Part shown: piece after piece, positions 16,966 to 26,272 of the stretch
Layout: each line of letters starts with the position of its first letter
Position numbering within the stretch: position 1 is the stretch's first letter
DNA from: Rathayibacter sp. VKM Ac-2760
GTDB taxonomy: Bacteria > Actinomycetota > Actinomycetes > Actinomycetales > Microbacteriaceae
Length of the DNA stretch: 64,000 nucleotides
Reading direction: 5' to 3'
Assembly (NCBI RefSeq): GCF_009834185.1
Contig: NZ_CP047173.1
Span: 1,391,725-1,455,724 of the forward strand
The notes under the pieces: model-generated
Told to the model about the DNA's origin: nothing
The model's database searches: none
What the model saw: the letters and a program-made list of their open reading frames with translations, nothing else
Translations under genes and position numbers: made by a program

Positions 16966-18111
16966 GTGGAGGAGTGCCCCTTCCCCGGAGTCGTCCCGCG
17001 CGGCTCCGCAGCACCGAGAGGAACCCCCGTGGTCGCCATCGCCCCGCTCCGAGACCGCTTCGACGGAGTCGAGAGGATCGCCGTGCTCCGCGGTGGCGGA
17101 CTCGGCGATCTGCTCTTCGCGCTGCCCGCCGTGGACGCGCTCGCCGCCGCGTACCCGGGCGCCGAGATCACCCTGCTCGGCACTCCGGCGCACCGCGTGC
17201 TGATCGAGGGCAGCGACGCGCCCGTGGCGGGCGTCGAGGTGCTGCCGGTGGCGCAGGGTGTGCGCGACGGCGACGGGGAGGACGAGCGGATCGTCGAGGA
17301 CTTCACGGCCCGGATGCGCGCCCGGCGCTTCGACCTCGCGGTGCAGCTGCACGGCGGCGGGCGCTTCTCCAACCCGTTCCTGCTACGGCTCGGCGCGCGG
17401 CACACGATCGGCACGCGCACCGACGACGCGGCGGACCTGGAGCGCACCATCCCCTACGTCTATTACCAGCACGAGATGCTGCGCGCGCTCGAGGTCGTCG
17501 GGCTCGCGGGCGCGCCGGCGGTGCGGCTGGAGCCGTCGCTGCAGGTCGACCCGGAGCGCCGCGACCGGCTCGCCGCGGTGCTGCCCGACGGCGGACCGCT
17601 GGTGCTGATCCACCCGGGGGCGACGGACGTGCGGCGGCGCTGGGCGAGCGCGTCCTTCGCCGAGGTGGCGCGGGCGCTGCTGGCGGACGGGGCGCGCGTG
17701 CTCGTGGTCGGCGACGCCTCCGACGTGCCCGCCGCCGACGCGATCGTCGCGGGCGCGCCGGGCGCCGTGTCGTGGGCCGGCGCGGTCGAGCTGCCGGACC
17801 TCGCTCCGCTGCTCTCGCTCGCCGACCTCGTGCTCGGCAACGACAGCGGACCGCGGCACCTCGCAGCGGCGGTCGGGGCGCCCACGGTCGGCGTCTTCTG
17901 GGTGGGCAACGCGATCAACGCCCAGCCCCTCGGCCGCCAGCGCCACCGCGTCCAGCTGAGCTGGACCACCCGCTGCCCGGTCTGCGGCATCGACGTCACG
18001 CAGGTCGGCTGGACCGCCCCGCGCTGCGAGCACGAGCTGTCCTTCGTCGACGACGTCCCCGTCTCCCGCGTCCTGGAGGACGCCCGAGCCGTCCTCGCCT
18101 CGACCAGCTGA
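16966..18111 (+). CDS. glycosyltransferase family 9 (heptosyltransferase-like)
   Basis: GT9 hallmarks: VLRGGGLGDLLFALPAVDAL, LIHPGATDVRRRW, LGNDSGPRHLAAAVGAPTVGVF. The start is uncertain (GTG at 16966 or GTG at 17029). Confidence 0.75.
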   Translation: MEECPFPGVVPRGSAAPRGTPVVAIAPLRDRFDGVERIAVLRGGGLGDLLFALPAVDALAAAYPGAEITLLGTPAHRVLIEGSDAPVAGVEVLPVAQGVRDGDGEDERIVEDFTARMRARRFDLAVQLHGGGRFSNPFLLRLGARHTIGTRTDDAADLERTIPYVYYQHEMLRALEVVGLAGAPAVRLEPSLQVDPERRDRLAAVLPDGGPLVLIHPGATDVRRRWASASFAEVARALLADGARVLVVGDASDVPAADAIVAGAPGAVSWAGAVELPDLAPLLSLADLVLGNDSGPRHLAAAVGAPTVGVFWVGNAINAQPLGRQRHRVQLSWTTRCPVCGIDVTQVGWTAPRCEHELSFVDDVPVSRVLEDARAVLASTS

Positions 18112-18133
18112 CGACGCCCGGGCCTTGCCCCAA

Positions 18134-18196
18134 CCGCGAGATGCCACTTATGAGCGGCGACACCGGCGTGTCGCGCTCATAAGTGGCATCTCGCGG
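18134..18196 (+). repeat. family-1 palindromic element, copy 3
   Basis: CCGCGAGATGCCACTTATGAGCG ... CGCTCATAAGTGGCATCTCGCGG. It carries a compensatory G>A / C>T change relative to copy 2. Confidence 0.85.
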
Positions 18197-18243
18197 GAGG
18201 GGTCGGACGCGGGTGAGCGTCAGACGTCCTGGGCGTCAGCGGG

Positions 18244-18948
18244 TCACGGCCAGGAGGGCTCCTCCTCGTGGGTGATGACGAGCTCGCGGACCTCGCAACC
18301 GCGGGGCTGGCCGAGGACGAACATCACGGCGTTCGCGACGTTCTCCGGGTCGTTGAGGAGCGCGTCGGGGCCCGGCTTGTACTGGGCGTCGCGGTCGTCG
18401 AAGAAGCGGGTCTTCATGCCGGAGGGGATCAGGGTGGTGACGCCGATCTCGCCCTTGGTCTCGGCCGCGAGGGCGCGGGTGAAGCCGAGCACGCCGAATT
18501 TCGACGCGCAGTAGGCGGTCGCGTCCGAGACGGCCTTGATCGCGAGCGAGGACGCGACGGTGACGACGCGGCCGTGGGTCTCCGTCAGGAACGGCAGCGC
18601 GGCGCGGACGACAGCGGCGGTGCCGAGCAGGTTGACCGAGATCACGCGCTCCCACTCCTCCGGGTCGACGTCGACGAGGCGGCCGCAGCGGTCGATGCCG
18701 GCCGCGGTGACGACGGCGTCGAGTCCGCCGTGCTCGTGGGCGATCTCGACGACCGCCTTCTCGGCCTCGCGGGTCTTCGCGACGTCCACCTGGTAGGCGG
18801 CGACGCCCTCCTGCACGTTCGACACGTCGCGGTCGAGGACGATCGGCGTGCCGCCCGCGGCCGCGACGGCAGCGGCGACGGCGGCTCCGAGTCCGGAGGC
18901 GCCTCCGGTGATCAGGACGCGGCCGATGGGGGTGGGGGTGGTGGTCAT
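18244..18948 (-). CDS. SDR-family oxidoreductase
   Basis: 234 aa with TGGASGLG and YCASK motifs. Confidence 0.85.
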   Translation of the reverse strand: MTTTPTPIGRVLITGGASGLGAAVAAAVAAAGGTPIVLDRDVSNVQEGVAAYQVDVAKTREAEKAVVEIAHEHGGLDAVVTAAGIDRCGRLVDVDPEEWERVISVNLLGTAAVVRAALPFLTETHGRVVTVASSLAIKAVSDATAYCASKFGVLGFTRALAAETKGEIGVTTLIPSGMKTRFFDDRDAQYKPGPDALLNDPENVANAVMFVLGQPRGCEVRELVITHEEEPSWP

Positions 18949-19020
18949 GGGTGTCCCTTCCAGGATCCTCGGCGCCGGCGAGCGGGCGCGGTGGGTGGTG
19001 GTCGGCCGGAGCCGACGCGG

Positions 19021-20395
19021 TCAGCCGACGCGCGCGAGCGCGGCGGCGAGATGGGTGGTCGAGCGGCCCGCGTGGTACGGCACCGTCAGGACGCGGCCGC
19101 CCCACTCGGCGACCGTCGCGGTCTCGGGCAGCGATTCGGCGGAGTAGTCGCCGCCCTTGACCCAGACGTCCGGGCGGATGCGGCGCAGTGCCTCGTCCGG
19201 GGTGTCCTCGCCGAAGACGAGCACGGCGTCGACGCACTCGAGCGCGAGCAGCAGGTCGACCCGGTCGTCCTCGGGGATGATCGGCCGCGCCGGTCCCTTC
19301 AGGCGACGGACGGAGTCGTCCGAGTTGAGGCAGACGATCAGGCAGTCGCCGAGCGCCCGGGCGGCCGAGAGGGTGCGGGCGTGCCCGGCGTGCAGCAGGT
19401 CGAAGCAGCCGCCGGTCGCGACCACGGTGCCGCCGGCGCCGCGGACGGCCTCGGCGACGCGCAGCGCGTCCACCCCCGAGGCCCCGTGCAGGGCGGCGGT
19501 GTCGGCGGGCACGGCGAGGGAGGCGCGACCGCCCGCGAGCAGATAGGCACCGGCCGCGGCGACGGCCGCGCCGACCGCCTCGGACGCAGTGGCCCCGCCC
19601 GCGAGTGCGACGGCGGCGGAGGCGGCGAAGGTCGCCCGCCCCGCACGGGTCCGTCGGCGGCACGGGGGCGGCAGGATGCACGACCGGAACGCCGGCGCCG
19701 CGCGAGCGGACCAGCGCACCGCCGGAGCCCATCGTCACGGCGACCGCGCCGCAGCCCCAGCGCTCGAGCAGCGTCGTCGCGGCGGTCTCGGCGAGGGTGA
19801 CGCCGCGGCCACTCGCGCCGGAGAAGCCGGTGGCCTCGCCGAGGTTCGGCGTCGCGAGGGTCGTCCCGGCGACGGGCGCCGAGCCGCGCGGGTGCGGATC
19901 CCAGACCAGCGGCACCGAGAGCGCGTCGAGGGCGGCCCGCAGCGAGGCGTCCTCGGTCAGCCGGCGGCCGTAGTCCGCCACGACGACCGCGTCCACCTCG
20001 TCGAGCGCGGCGAGCATCTCCAGGGTCACGCTCGGCACCGGCGGTCGCTCGCAGCCGCGGTCGAAGCGGACGACGGCCTGGCCGGAGGCCGCGACCCGCG
20101 TCTTCACCGGCGTCGGAGCGCCGGACGGACCGGCGACCACCCGCACGCCGTCGAGCGCGACCAGCAGCTCGGCGGCATCCGGGTCCGCGGCGTCGGCGAG
20201 CGCCGTCACCAGCACGACGTCGTGGCCGTCGCGCGCGAGCATCCGCGCCACGAGCCCGGCGCCGCCGGCCCGGACCCCGCGGGTCGACACGTCGACCACG
20301 GGCACGGGCGCGTCGGGGCTCAGCCGCTCGGCCGGGCCGGAGAGGTCGACGTCGAGCATCACGTCGCCGACCACGGCGATCCGCAGGCGGCTCAC
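19021..20395 (-). pseudogene. hldE: second hldE paralogue with an apparent frameshift inside the GAGD motif
   Basis: The kinase frame (from GTG at 20395) reads ...DPCGAGD and then turns to nonsense. The adenylyltransferase frame resumes with TFAASAAVALAGG...GGCFDLLHAGH. The span is 1375 nt (3n+1) and the break is near 19628-19633. Confidence 0.65.
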
Positions 20396-21024
20396 GCGGC
20401 CGCCCCCGTCCGCACGCGGATCCGGTGCTCGAACGCCCGGCAGAGCGCGTGCACCAGCACGAGCTGCGCCTCCTGCACGTTCGAGCCGTGGCCCTCGAGA
20501 GCGATCGACTCGTCGCAGGCCTCGGTCAGCGGGTTCGGCCCGTCGCCGGTCAGCGCCCAGGAGCGGGCTCCGGCTGCGCGCGCCGCCTCGGCCGCGTGCA
20601 GCAGGTTGGCGCTGCGGCCGCTGGTCGAGAGCAGCACGACGACGTCGCCGGCGCGGGCGTGCGCGGTGACCTGGCGGGAGAACACGTGGTCGAAGCCGTA
20701 GTCGTTGCCGATGGCGGTGAGGCTGGAGGTCTCGGAGTGCAGCGAGATCGCCGAGAACGGCACGCGGTCGCCGTCGAAGCGGCCGACCAGCTCGGCAGTG
20801 AGGTGCTGCGCCTCCGCCGCCGAGCCGCCGTTGCCGGCCGCGAGCAGCCGCGCGCCGGAGTGCAGCCGGTCGGCCAGCTCGACGCCCCAGGCGACGATCC
20901 GGTCGGAGTGCCGCTCCAGCTGCGCGACGACGTCGAGCGCGCGGGCGATGTGGTCGTCGACGAGGCGCCGGGCGGCGTCCGTCGGGGTGTCGGTCGGGGT
21001 GTCCAGAACGGTGTCGATGCTCAT
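20392..21024 (-). CDS. gmhA: D-sedoheptulose-7-phosphate isomerase
   Basis: 210 aa from the ATG at 21024. SIS domain ([34 protein letters not shown]). 4-nt overlaps on both sides. Confidence 0.85.
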   Translation of the reverse strand: MSIDTVLDTPTDTPTDAARRLVDDHIARALDVVAQLERHSDRIVAWGVELADRLHSGARLLAAGNGGSAAEAQHLTAELVGRFDGDRVPFSAISLHSETSSLTAIGNDYGFDHVFSRQVTAHARAGDVVVLLSTSGRSANLLHAAEAARAAGARSWALTGDGPNPLTEACDESIALEGHGSNVQEAQLVLVHALCRAFEHRIRVRTGAAA

Positions 21025-22337
21025 CTGCGCGGGGCCGCCTTCCGGGGGGTGGAGGAGAGGGGAGTGCGGGCGGTGCCGCTCATGGCGGCCTCGCCGTCGC
21101 CGAGTCCGGCGAGGGTGGTCAGGTAGGCGCGCTCCGTGTCCGCGGCGACGCGGTCCCAGGAGTAGCGCGCCTCGACGCGGGCGCGGCCGGCGGCCCCGTA
21201 GGCACGGGCGCGCTCGGGGTCGGCGATCAGCGCGGCGAGCGCCTCGGCGAGGGCCTCGGGGTCGCGCGGCGGCACGTGCACGCCGGTGACGTCCTCGACG
21301 ACCGTGTCGATCAGCCCGCCGACCGAGGAGGCGACCACCGGCACGCCGCAGGCCATCGCCTCCAGCGGGGTGATGCCGAACGGCTCGTACCAGGGCGCGC
21401 AGATCACGATGTCCGCCGATCGGAGCATCGCCGGCATCTCGGTCTGCGAGAGCTGGCCGGCGAAGTCGACGCGATCGGCGACGCCGAGGCCCTCGGCGAC
21501 GCTGTGCAGGCGCTGATACTCCGGGTCGGCGGCGAGCGCGTCGCCCGAGCCGGAGCCGCCGACGATCACCAGCTCGGCGTCGCAGCCGTCGGCGACCAGG
21601 CGGGCGAGCGCCTCGATGGCGTGGCCCATGCCCTTGCGCGGCACGAGGCGGCCGATGCTCATCAGGCGCACCCGCCCGGAGCGCTCGGCGACGGGTCCGT
21701 CGGGCGTGAACCGCTCGAGGTCGACCCCGCAGGGCACCACCGAGATGCTCGCGGTCGGCACGCCCAGGCCCTTGAGCTCGAAGGCCTCGTCGGAGCAGGT
21801 GGCGACGACGCCGTCCGCCCGCTGGCCGACGCCGGGCTCGAGCCAGGCGCGCTCCTCGGGGCTGGTGTCGAGCGCGCCCTGCTGGCGGCGCTTCACCACG
21901 CCGAGCGCGTGGAAGGTGTGGAAGACGGGCACGCGGCGCCCGGTGGCGCGCTCGACCCGCTCGGAGGCGTCGAGGGCGGCGACCCCGGACATCCAGAAGT
22001 GGCTGTGCACCAGGTCGGGGCGGGAGTCGAGCCAGTCGTTCGCGAGATCGACGGCGAAGTCGCCCATGAACGGCAGCAGCTCGTCCTTCGAGACCTTGGC
22101 GGCCGGCCCGGCGTCGATGTGCACGACCTCGACGCCGGAGGTGAAGGGCACGCGCCGGGGGAGGGACGCGTCGTCGCGCCGGGTGTAGACGGTGACGCGG
22201 TGGCCGCGGCGCGCGAGCGCGTCGGCGAGCGCGGCGACGTGCACGTTCTGGCCGCCGGCGTCGACGCCGCCGAGCGTCGCCAGCGGGCTGGCGTGCTCGG
22301 AGACCATCGCGATCGAGAGGGGTCGGGTCGAGGTCAC
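21021..22337 (-). CDS. glycosyltransferase family 4 (GT-B)
   Basis: 438 aa with [25 protein letters not shown] and [22 protein letters not shown] overlap with the upstream gene. Confidence 0.8.
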   Translation of the reverse strand: MTSTRPLSIAMVSEHASPLATLGGVDAGGQNVHVAALADALARRGHRVTVYTRRDDASLPRRVPFTSGVEVVHIDAGPAAKVSKDELLPFMGDFAVDLANDWLDSRPDLVHSHFWMSGVAALDASERVERATGRRVPVFHTFHALGVVKRRQQGALDTSPEERAWLEPGVGQRADGVVATCSDEAFELKGLGVPTASISVVPCGVDLERFTPDGPVAERSGRVRLMSIGRLVPRKGMGHAIEALARLVADGCDAELVIVGGSGSGDALAADPEYQRLHSVAEGLGVADRVDFAGQLSQTEMPAMLRSADIVICAPWYEPFGITPLEAMACGVPVVASSVGGLIDTVVEDVTGVHVPPRDPEALAEALAALIADPERARAYGAAGRARVEARYSWDRVAADTERAYLTTLAGLGDGEAAMSGTARTPLSSTPRKAAPRR

Positions 22338-23341
22338 AGGGTGCTCCCTTCGCGGGTTCCGGCGGTGGACAGGGTGCGCGGGGCGGCGGCGAGGTCGCCG
22401 AGCACCCCGTCCCAGTCGCGGTGGAACCGGCCGAGGCTGTAGCGCGCGAGCGCGGCCTCACGGGCGACCGCGCCGGCGATCGCGGCCCGCTCCGGATCCT
22501 CGATCAGCGCGCGGGCCGCGGCGGCGAGTGCGTCCAGGTCGTTCGAGATCGCGCCGGCCTCGGGCGGCACGGCGCGGCCGGCCTCGGTCGTCTCGAGCGC
22601 GACGACCGGCATCCCCAGGTGCATCGCCTCGAGCAGCGCGAGCCCGAGCGAGGTCCAGCGGAACGGGTGCAGGTAGACGCGGCGGCGGGCGAGCTCGGCG
22701 TGCATCGCGCCGGTCTTCACATCGCCGAGCACCTCGAGCCGGTCGGCGGGCAGCCCGGGCGTGCCGACGAGCCCCTCGGTCTTCATCCCGAAGACGTCGA
22801 GCGGCGCGACCGCGGCGAAGCGCGGCAGCAGATCGGTGCCGGTCACCCGCTGACGGCGCACCGGCTCGTTGATGACGACGCCGAAGCGCGCCAGCTCGCC
22901 GGTGTAGAGCGGTCCGGGGTCGTTGATCCCGTGCTCGATCACCGTGGTGCGCGTCGATCCGGTATCCCACATCAGCGCGTTGAAGTGCGTCACGTGCACG
23001 AGCAGGAGGTCGTCGCGGTCGGCGAGCGGGTGGCGGTTGTCGGGCACGTCGCCGCGGGGCGTGTTGTGCTCGACGTAGACCGCGGGGATCTCGCGGCCGA
23101 GCCGCCGGCCGAGCAGCCGCTCCGCCTCGGCGAGCTCGTCCGGACGCTGGAGGAGGACGACGTCGACGTCGGCGTCGCGCAGCTCCTCCGGGGCGATCTC
23201 GATCGTGTTCGGCCAGTCGCGGCCGCCGGTGCCGAGGCCCCAGCCGTCGCGGGCCGGAGTGGTGGGGAGCAGGTACTCGTGGTCGCCGCGGACGAACGCG
23301 TCCGCCCAGCCGCCGTGCACGTGCCAGAGCAGGATCCTCAT
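22334..23341 (-). CDS. glycosyltransferase (GT-B, GT1/GT4-like)
   Basis: 335 aa from the ATG at 23341 ([12 protein letters not shown]...[18 protein letters not shown]). The upstream part of the track ORF is shadow. Confidence 0.75.
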   Translation of the reverse strand: MRILLWHVHGGWADAFVRGDHEYLLPTTPARDGWGLGTGGRDWPNTIEIAPEELRDADVDVVLLQRPDELAEAERLLGRRLGREIPAVYVEHNTPRGDVPDNRHPLADRDDLLLVHVTHFNALMWDTGSTRTTVIEHGINDPGPLYTGELARFGVVINEPVRRQRVTGTDLLPRFAAVAPLDVFGMKTEGLVGTPGLPADRLEVLGDVKTGAMHAELARRRVYLHPFRWTSLGLALLEAMHLGMPVVALETTEAGRAVPPEAGAISNDLDALAAAARALIEDPERAAIAGAVAREAALARYSLGRFHRDWDGVLGDLAAAPRTLSTAGTREGSTL

Positions 23342-24420
23342 GCGAGTGCCTCCGAGGGTGTGGTGGTGGGGGTCGTCGTGGCTGTCGTCGTGGCGCGGCG
23401 CGGGAGCGCGCGGAGCCGGTGCGCGGCGGCCACCGCCTCCTCGGCGCTCACCCCCGCGAGGCAGGGGTGACCGGGCACCGGGCAGACCCGCGCGCGCGAG
23501 CCGGCGCAGGCCGCGCCCTGATCGCCGAGCAGCTCGACCGGCACGCCGTAGGGCGCCCAGCGGATCGCCGGGACGACCGGTGCGAACAGGCTGACGACCG
23601 GGGTGCCGACGGCCGCCGCGAGGTGGGCCGGGCCGGTGTTGCCGCTGATCACGACCTCGGCGCGCGCGAGCACCTCGGCCGCGCCGGCGAAGTCGGTGGC
23701 GCCGCCGAGGTCGATGCCGCGGCTGCCCGCGACCTGCGCGGTGAGCACTCGCTCGCCGGGCCCGCCGGTGACGGCGACCGCGACTCCGGAGTCGGCGAGC
23801 AGCTCCACGGCACGCGCCGCGTTCTCGGCCGGCCAGGCCCGCGCGGGAACGGCGGCACCGGGGTGCACGACCACGTACGGGCCGACCCCCTCGAGCGCGG
23901 CGGGCAGCACGCCCTCGCGGCGCACCCGCAGCAGCCCGTCGTCGCCCTTCGGCAGCGCGAAGCCCGCGGCCGCCGCGATCGCGAGGGCGCGCTCCGGCTC
24001 GGGCTGGTCCTCGTCGAGGGTCTCGCCGGGCACCAGCCGCACGTCGAGCAGGGCACCGGCGAAGTCGACCGAGGCGCCCGAGATCCGGGCGACACCGGCC
24101 AGGCGCAGCAGCAGCGCGAGCGGCAGCGGCGACTGGTGGAAGGAGGTGAGGATCACGGCCTCGTCCGGAGCGAACTCCTCGACGATCGCGCGCAGCTCCG
24201 CCACCAGGGCGGCGTCCACCGGCCGCGAGGCGTCGCCGATCCACGGGCAGGACCAGGTGCGCACCGACGTCGGCCCCGGCAGCAGCGCCGCGGCGGGCGC
24301 CCCCTGCGGCCCGGCGAGCAGCAGCACCTCGGCATCCGCGGCGATCGCCCGCACGGCCGGCCCGCAGAGCAGCACGTCGCCCGCGCTGTCCAGCCGGGCG
24401 ACCAGCACCCGCCGGGTCAC
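23338..24420 (-). CDS. glycosyltransferase family 9 (heptosyltransferase-like)
   Basis: 360 aa from the GTG at 24420 (VARLDSAGDVLLCGPAVRAI, VVHPGAAVPARAWP, SGNTGPAHLAAAVGTPVVSLF). Confidence 0.8.
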   Translation of the reverse strand: MTRRVLVARLDSAGDVLLCGPAVRAIAADAEVLLLAGPQGAPAAALLPGPTSVRTWSCPWIGDASRPVDAALVAELRAIVEEFAPDEAVILTSFHQSPLPLALLLRLAGVARISGASVDFAGALLDVRLVPGETLDEDQPEPERALAIAAAAGFALPKGDDGLLRVRREGVLPAALEGVGPYVVVHPGAAVPARAWPAENAARAVELLADSGVAVAVTGGPGERVLTAQVAGSRGIDLGGATDFAGAAEVLARAEVVISGNTGPAHLAAAVGTPVVSLFAPVVPAIRWAPYGVPVELLGDQGAACAGSRARVCPVPGHPCLAGVSAEEAVAAAHRLRALPRRATTTATTTPTTTPSEALA

Positions 24421-25028
24421 GCCTCGTCCTCGTCGGGCTGCATCGCGAGCAGCAGCTCCACGGCCTCGAGGAGCGTCGCCGCGCGCAGCGGTGCGGCGGT
24501 CACCTCCTCCGTGCGGGTGATCGGGGTCGGCACGAGGACGCCTCGCGCGCCGGCGGCGGCCGCGGCCCCCACATCGGCGCCGATGTCGCCGATCACAGCG
24601 AGCGACTCGGCGGGCAGATCCAGAGCCCGGGCCGCCTGGAGCACCATGCCCGGAGCGGGCTTGCGGCAGGCGCAGCCGTCCTCCTGCCCGTGCGGGCACA
24701 GCTGCCAGGTGTCGAAGCCGCCGAAGAGCTCGTCCACGCGGCGGTTCACCGCGTCGGCCTGCTCGCGGTCGATGATGCCGCGGGCGATGCCGGACTGGTT
24801 GGTGACGACGCCGACGGCGAGCCCCGACTGGCGGGCCCGGTCCACCGCGTCGAGGGCGGTCGGCATCGGCTCGACCCGCGCCGGGTCGCCGTTGTAGGGC
24901 ACGTCGACGACGAGCGTGGCGTCGCGGTCGAAGAGGATGCCGCGCAGCCGCGGCGCGCCCGCGACGGACGCGACGGGCGCGTCCTCGGCGGTGCGGTGCG
25001 CGGAGCCCTGCTGGATCGAGTCGTTCAC
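24417..25028 (-). CDS. gmhB: D-glycero-D-manno-heptose-1,7-bisphosphate phosphatase (HAD-IIIA)
   Basis: FDRDATLV, VTNQSG, CxC Zn-site-like CPHGQEDGCACRKP, and GDIGADV. The start is uncertain: GTG at 25028 after GAGGAG is preferred over the track's TTG at 25061. Confidence 0.8.
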   Translation of the reverse strand: MNDSIQQGSAHRTAEDAPVASVAGAPRLRGILFDRDATLVVDVPYNGDPARVEPMPTALDAVDRARQSGLAVGVVTNQSGIARGIIDREQADAVNRRVDELFGGFDTWQLCPHGQEDGCACRKPAPGMVLQAARALDLPAESLAVIGDIGADVGAAAAAGARGVLVPTPITRTEEVTAAPLRAATLLEAVELLLAMQPDEDEA

Positions 25029-25156
25029 CTTCTCCTCGTACCCCCCTCGTCCGGGTTCCAAACGCGGGGGAGGAGAAGTCGTCCGCTCGGGCGCGTCGGT
25101 CGCCGTCCGCGTCTGCGCGGGTCCGGGGTCTCCGCGGGTCCGGGGATCCGCGCGCC

Positions 25157-25201
25157 TGAGGATCCCGCGTCCGAGGATCCCGCGTCTGAGGATCCCGCGT
25201 C
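25157..25201. repeat. 15-bp tandem repeat x3, YGAGGATCCCGCGTC (each unit contains GGATCC)
   Basis: Three exact or near-exact units, with degenerate copies upstream (about 25120-25156). They lie in the divergent gmhB / GT9 promoter region. Confidence 0.7.
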
Positions 25202-25249
25202 TGAGCCGCTCGGAGCGGGGTACGGGACCTCCGACAGGAAGGAGGCGCC

Positions 25250-26272
25250 GTGCGCGCTCTCACCGCCCCCGACGGCACCCCGGAGATCCTCGCCCTGCGA
25301 GCCCTCAAGCTCGGCGACCTCCTCGTGGCCGTCCCCGCGCTCAAGGCCCTGCGCCGCGGGTTCCCCGAGCACCGGCTGATCCTCGCGACCACGCCCTGGC
25401 TCGAGCCGATCGTCGACCTCGTCGACGGCCTCGACGCGCTCGTCCCGACCCTCCGCGGTCTCGACGACCCGCTGCCGGTCGATCCGGGCCGGATCGAGCT
25501 GGCCGTCAACCTGCACGGCAACGGCCCGGAGTCGCGCGACGCCCTGATCGCGCTGGAGCCGCAGCGCCGGCTCGATTTCCGCGTCCCCGCCCTCGACCCG
25601 GATGCGAGCCACGACGACCCGCGCCCGCTCTGGATCGACGGGGAGCTCGAGCGCGCCCGCTGGGCCCGCCTGGTCAACTCCATCGGCCTCGACGCCGACC
25701 CGGAGGACGTGGCCATCGCCGTCCCGGACGCGCCGGCTCCGGTCGCCGGCGCCGCGATCGTGCACATCGGCGCCTTCTACGGCTCGCGCGAGTGGCCGGA
25801 GGAGCGCTTCGCCGCCGTCGCCCGCTCGCTCGCCGCCGAGGGCCACCGCGTCGTCTACACCGGGGGTGCGAACGAGGCCGACCGCGCCCGCCGCGTCGCC
25901 GAGCTGGCCGGCACCGGCGAGGTGCTCGCCGGCACGATCGACCTGACCGGGTTCGCGGCGGTCGTCGCAGCCTCCGAGGTCCTCGTCACCGTCGACACCG
26001 GAGCCGCGCACCTCGCCTCGGCCTACGGCATCCCGTCGGTGGTGATCTTCGGACCGGCGCCGCCCGAGGCCTGGGGCCCGCCGGTGAGCGGACCGCACGT
26101 CGTGCTGACCGACGCGTCGCTCCGCCGCGGCGACGTCTTCTCCTCCGAGCCGGACCCCGCGCTGCTCGCGGTGCAGACCGAGCACGTGCTCGACGCGCTC
26201 GCCGCTCTGCCCTCGCGCGCCGAGGCGCACCTCAGGCGGTCCGCAGCCGCGCTGCCGGGCGGACGGGCGTGA
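25250..26272 (+). CDS. glycosyltransferase family 9 (heptosyltransferase-like)
   Basis: 340 aa. GGAAGGAGG precedes the GTG. Motifs: LRALKLGDLLVAVPALKAL, VHIGAFYGSREWP, VDTGAAHLASAYGIPSVVIFG. Confidence 0.8.
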   Translation: MRALTAPDGTPEILALRALKLGDLLVAVPALKALRRGFPEHRLILATTPWLEPIVDLVDGLDALVPTLRGLDDPLPVDPGRIELAVNLHGNGPESRDALIALEPQRRLDFRVPALDPDASHDDPRPLWIDGELERARWARLVNSIGLDADPEDVAIAVPDAPAPVAGAAIVHIGAFYGSREWPEERFAAVARSLAAEGHRVVYTGGANEADRARRVAELAGTGEVLAGTIDLTGFAAVVAASEVLVTVDTGAAHLASAYGIPSVVIFGPAPPEAWGPPVSGPHVVLTDASLRRGDVFSSEPDPALLAVQTEHVLDALAALPSRAEAHLRRSAAALPGGRA

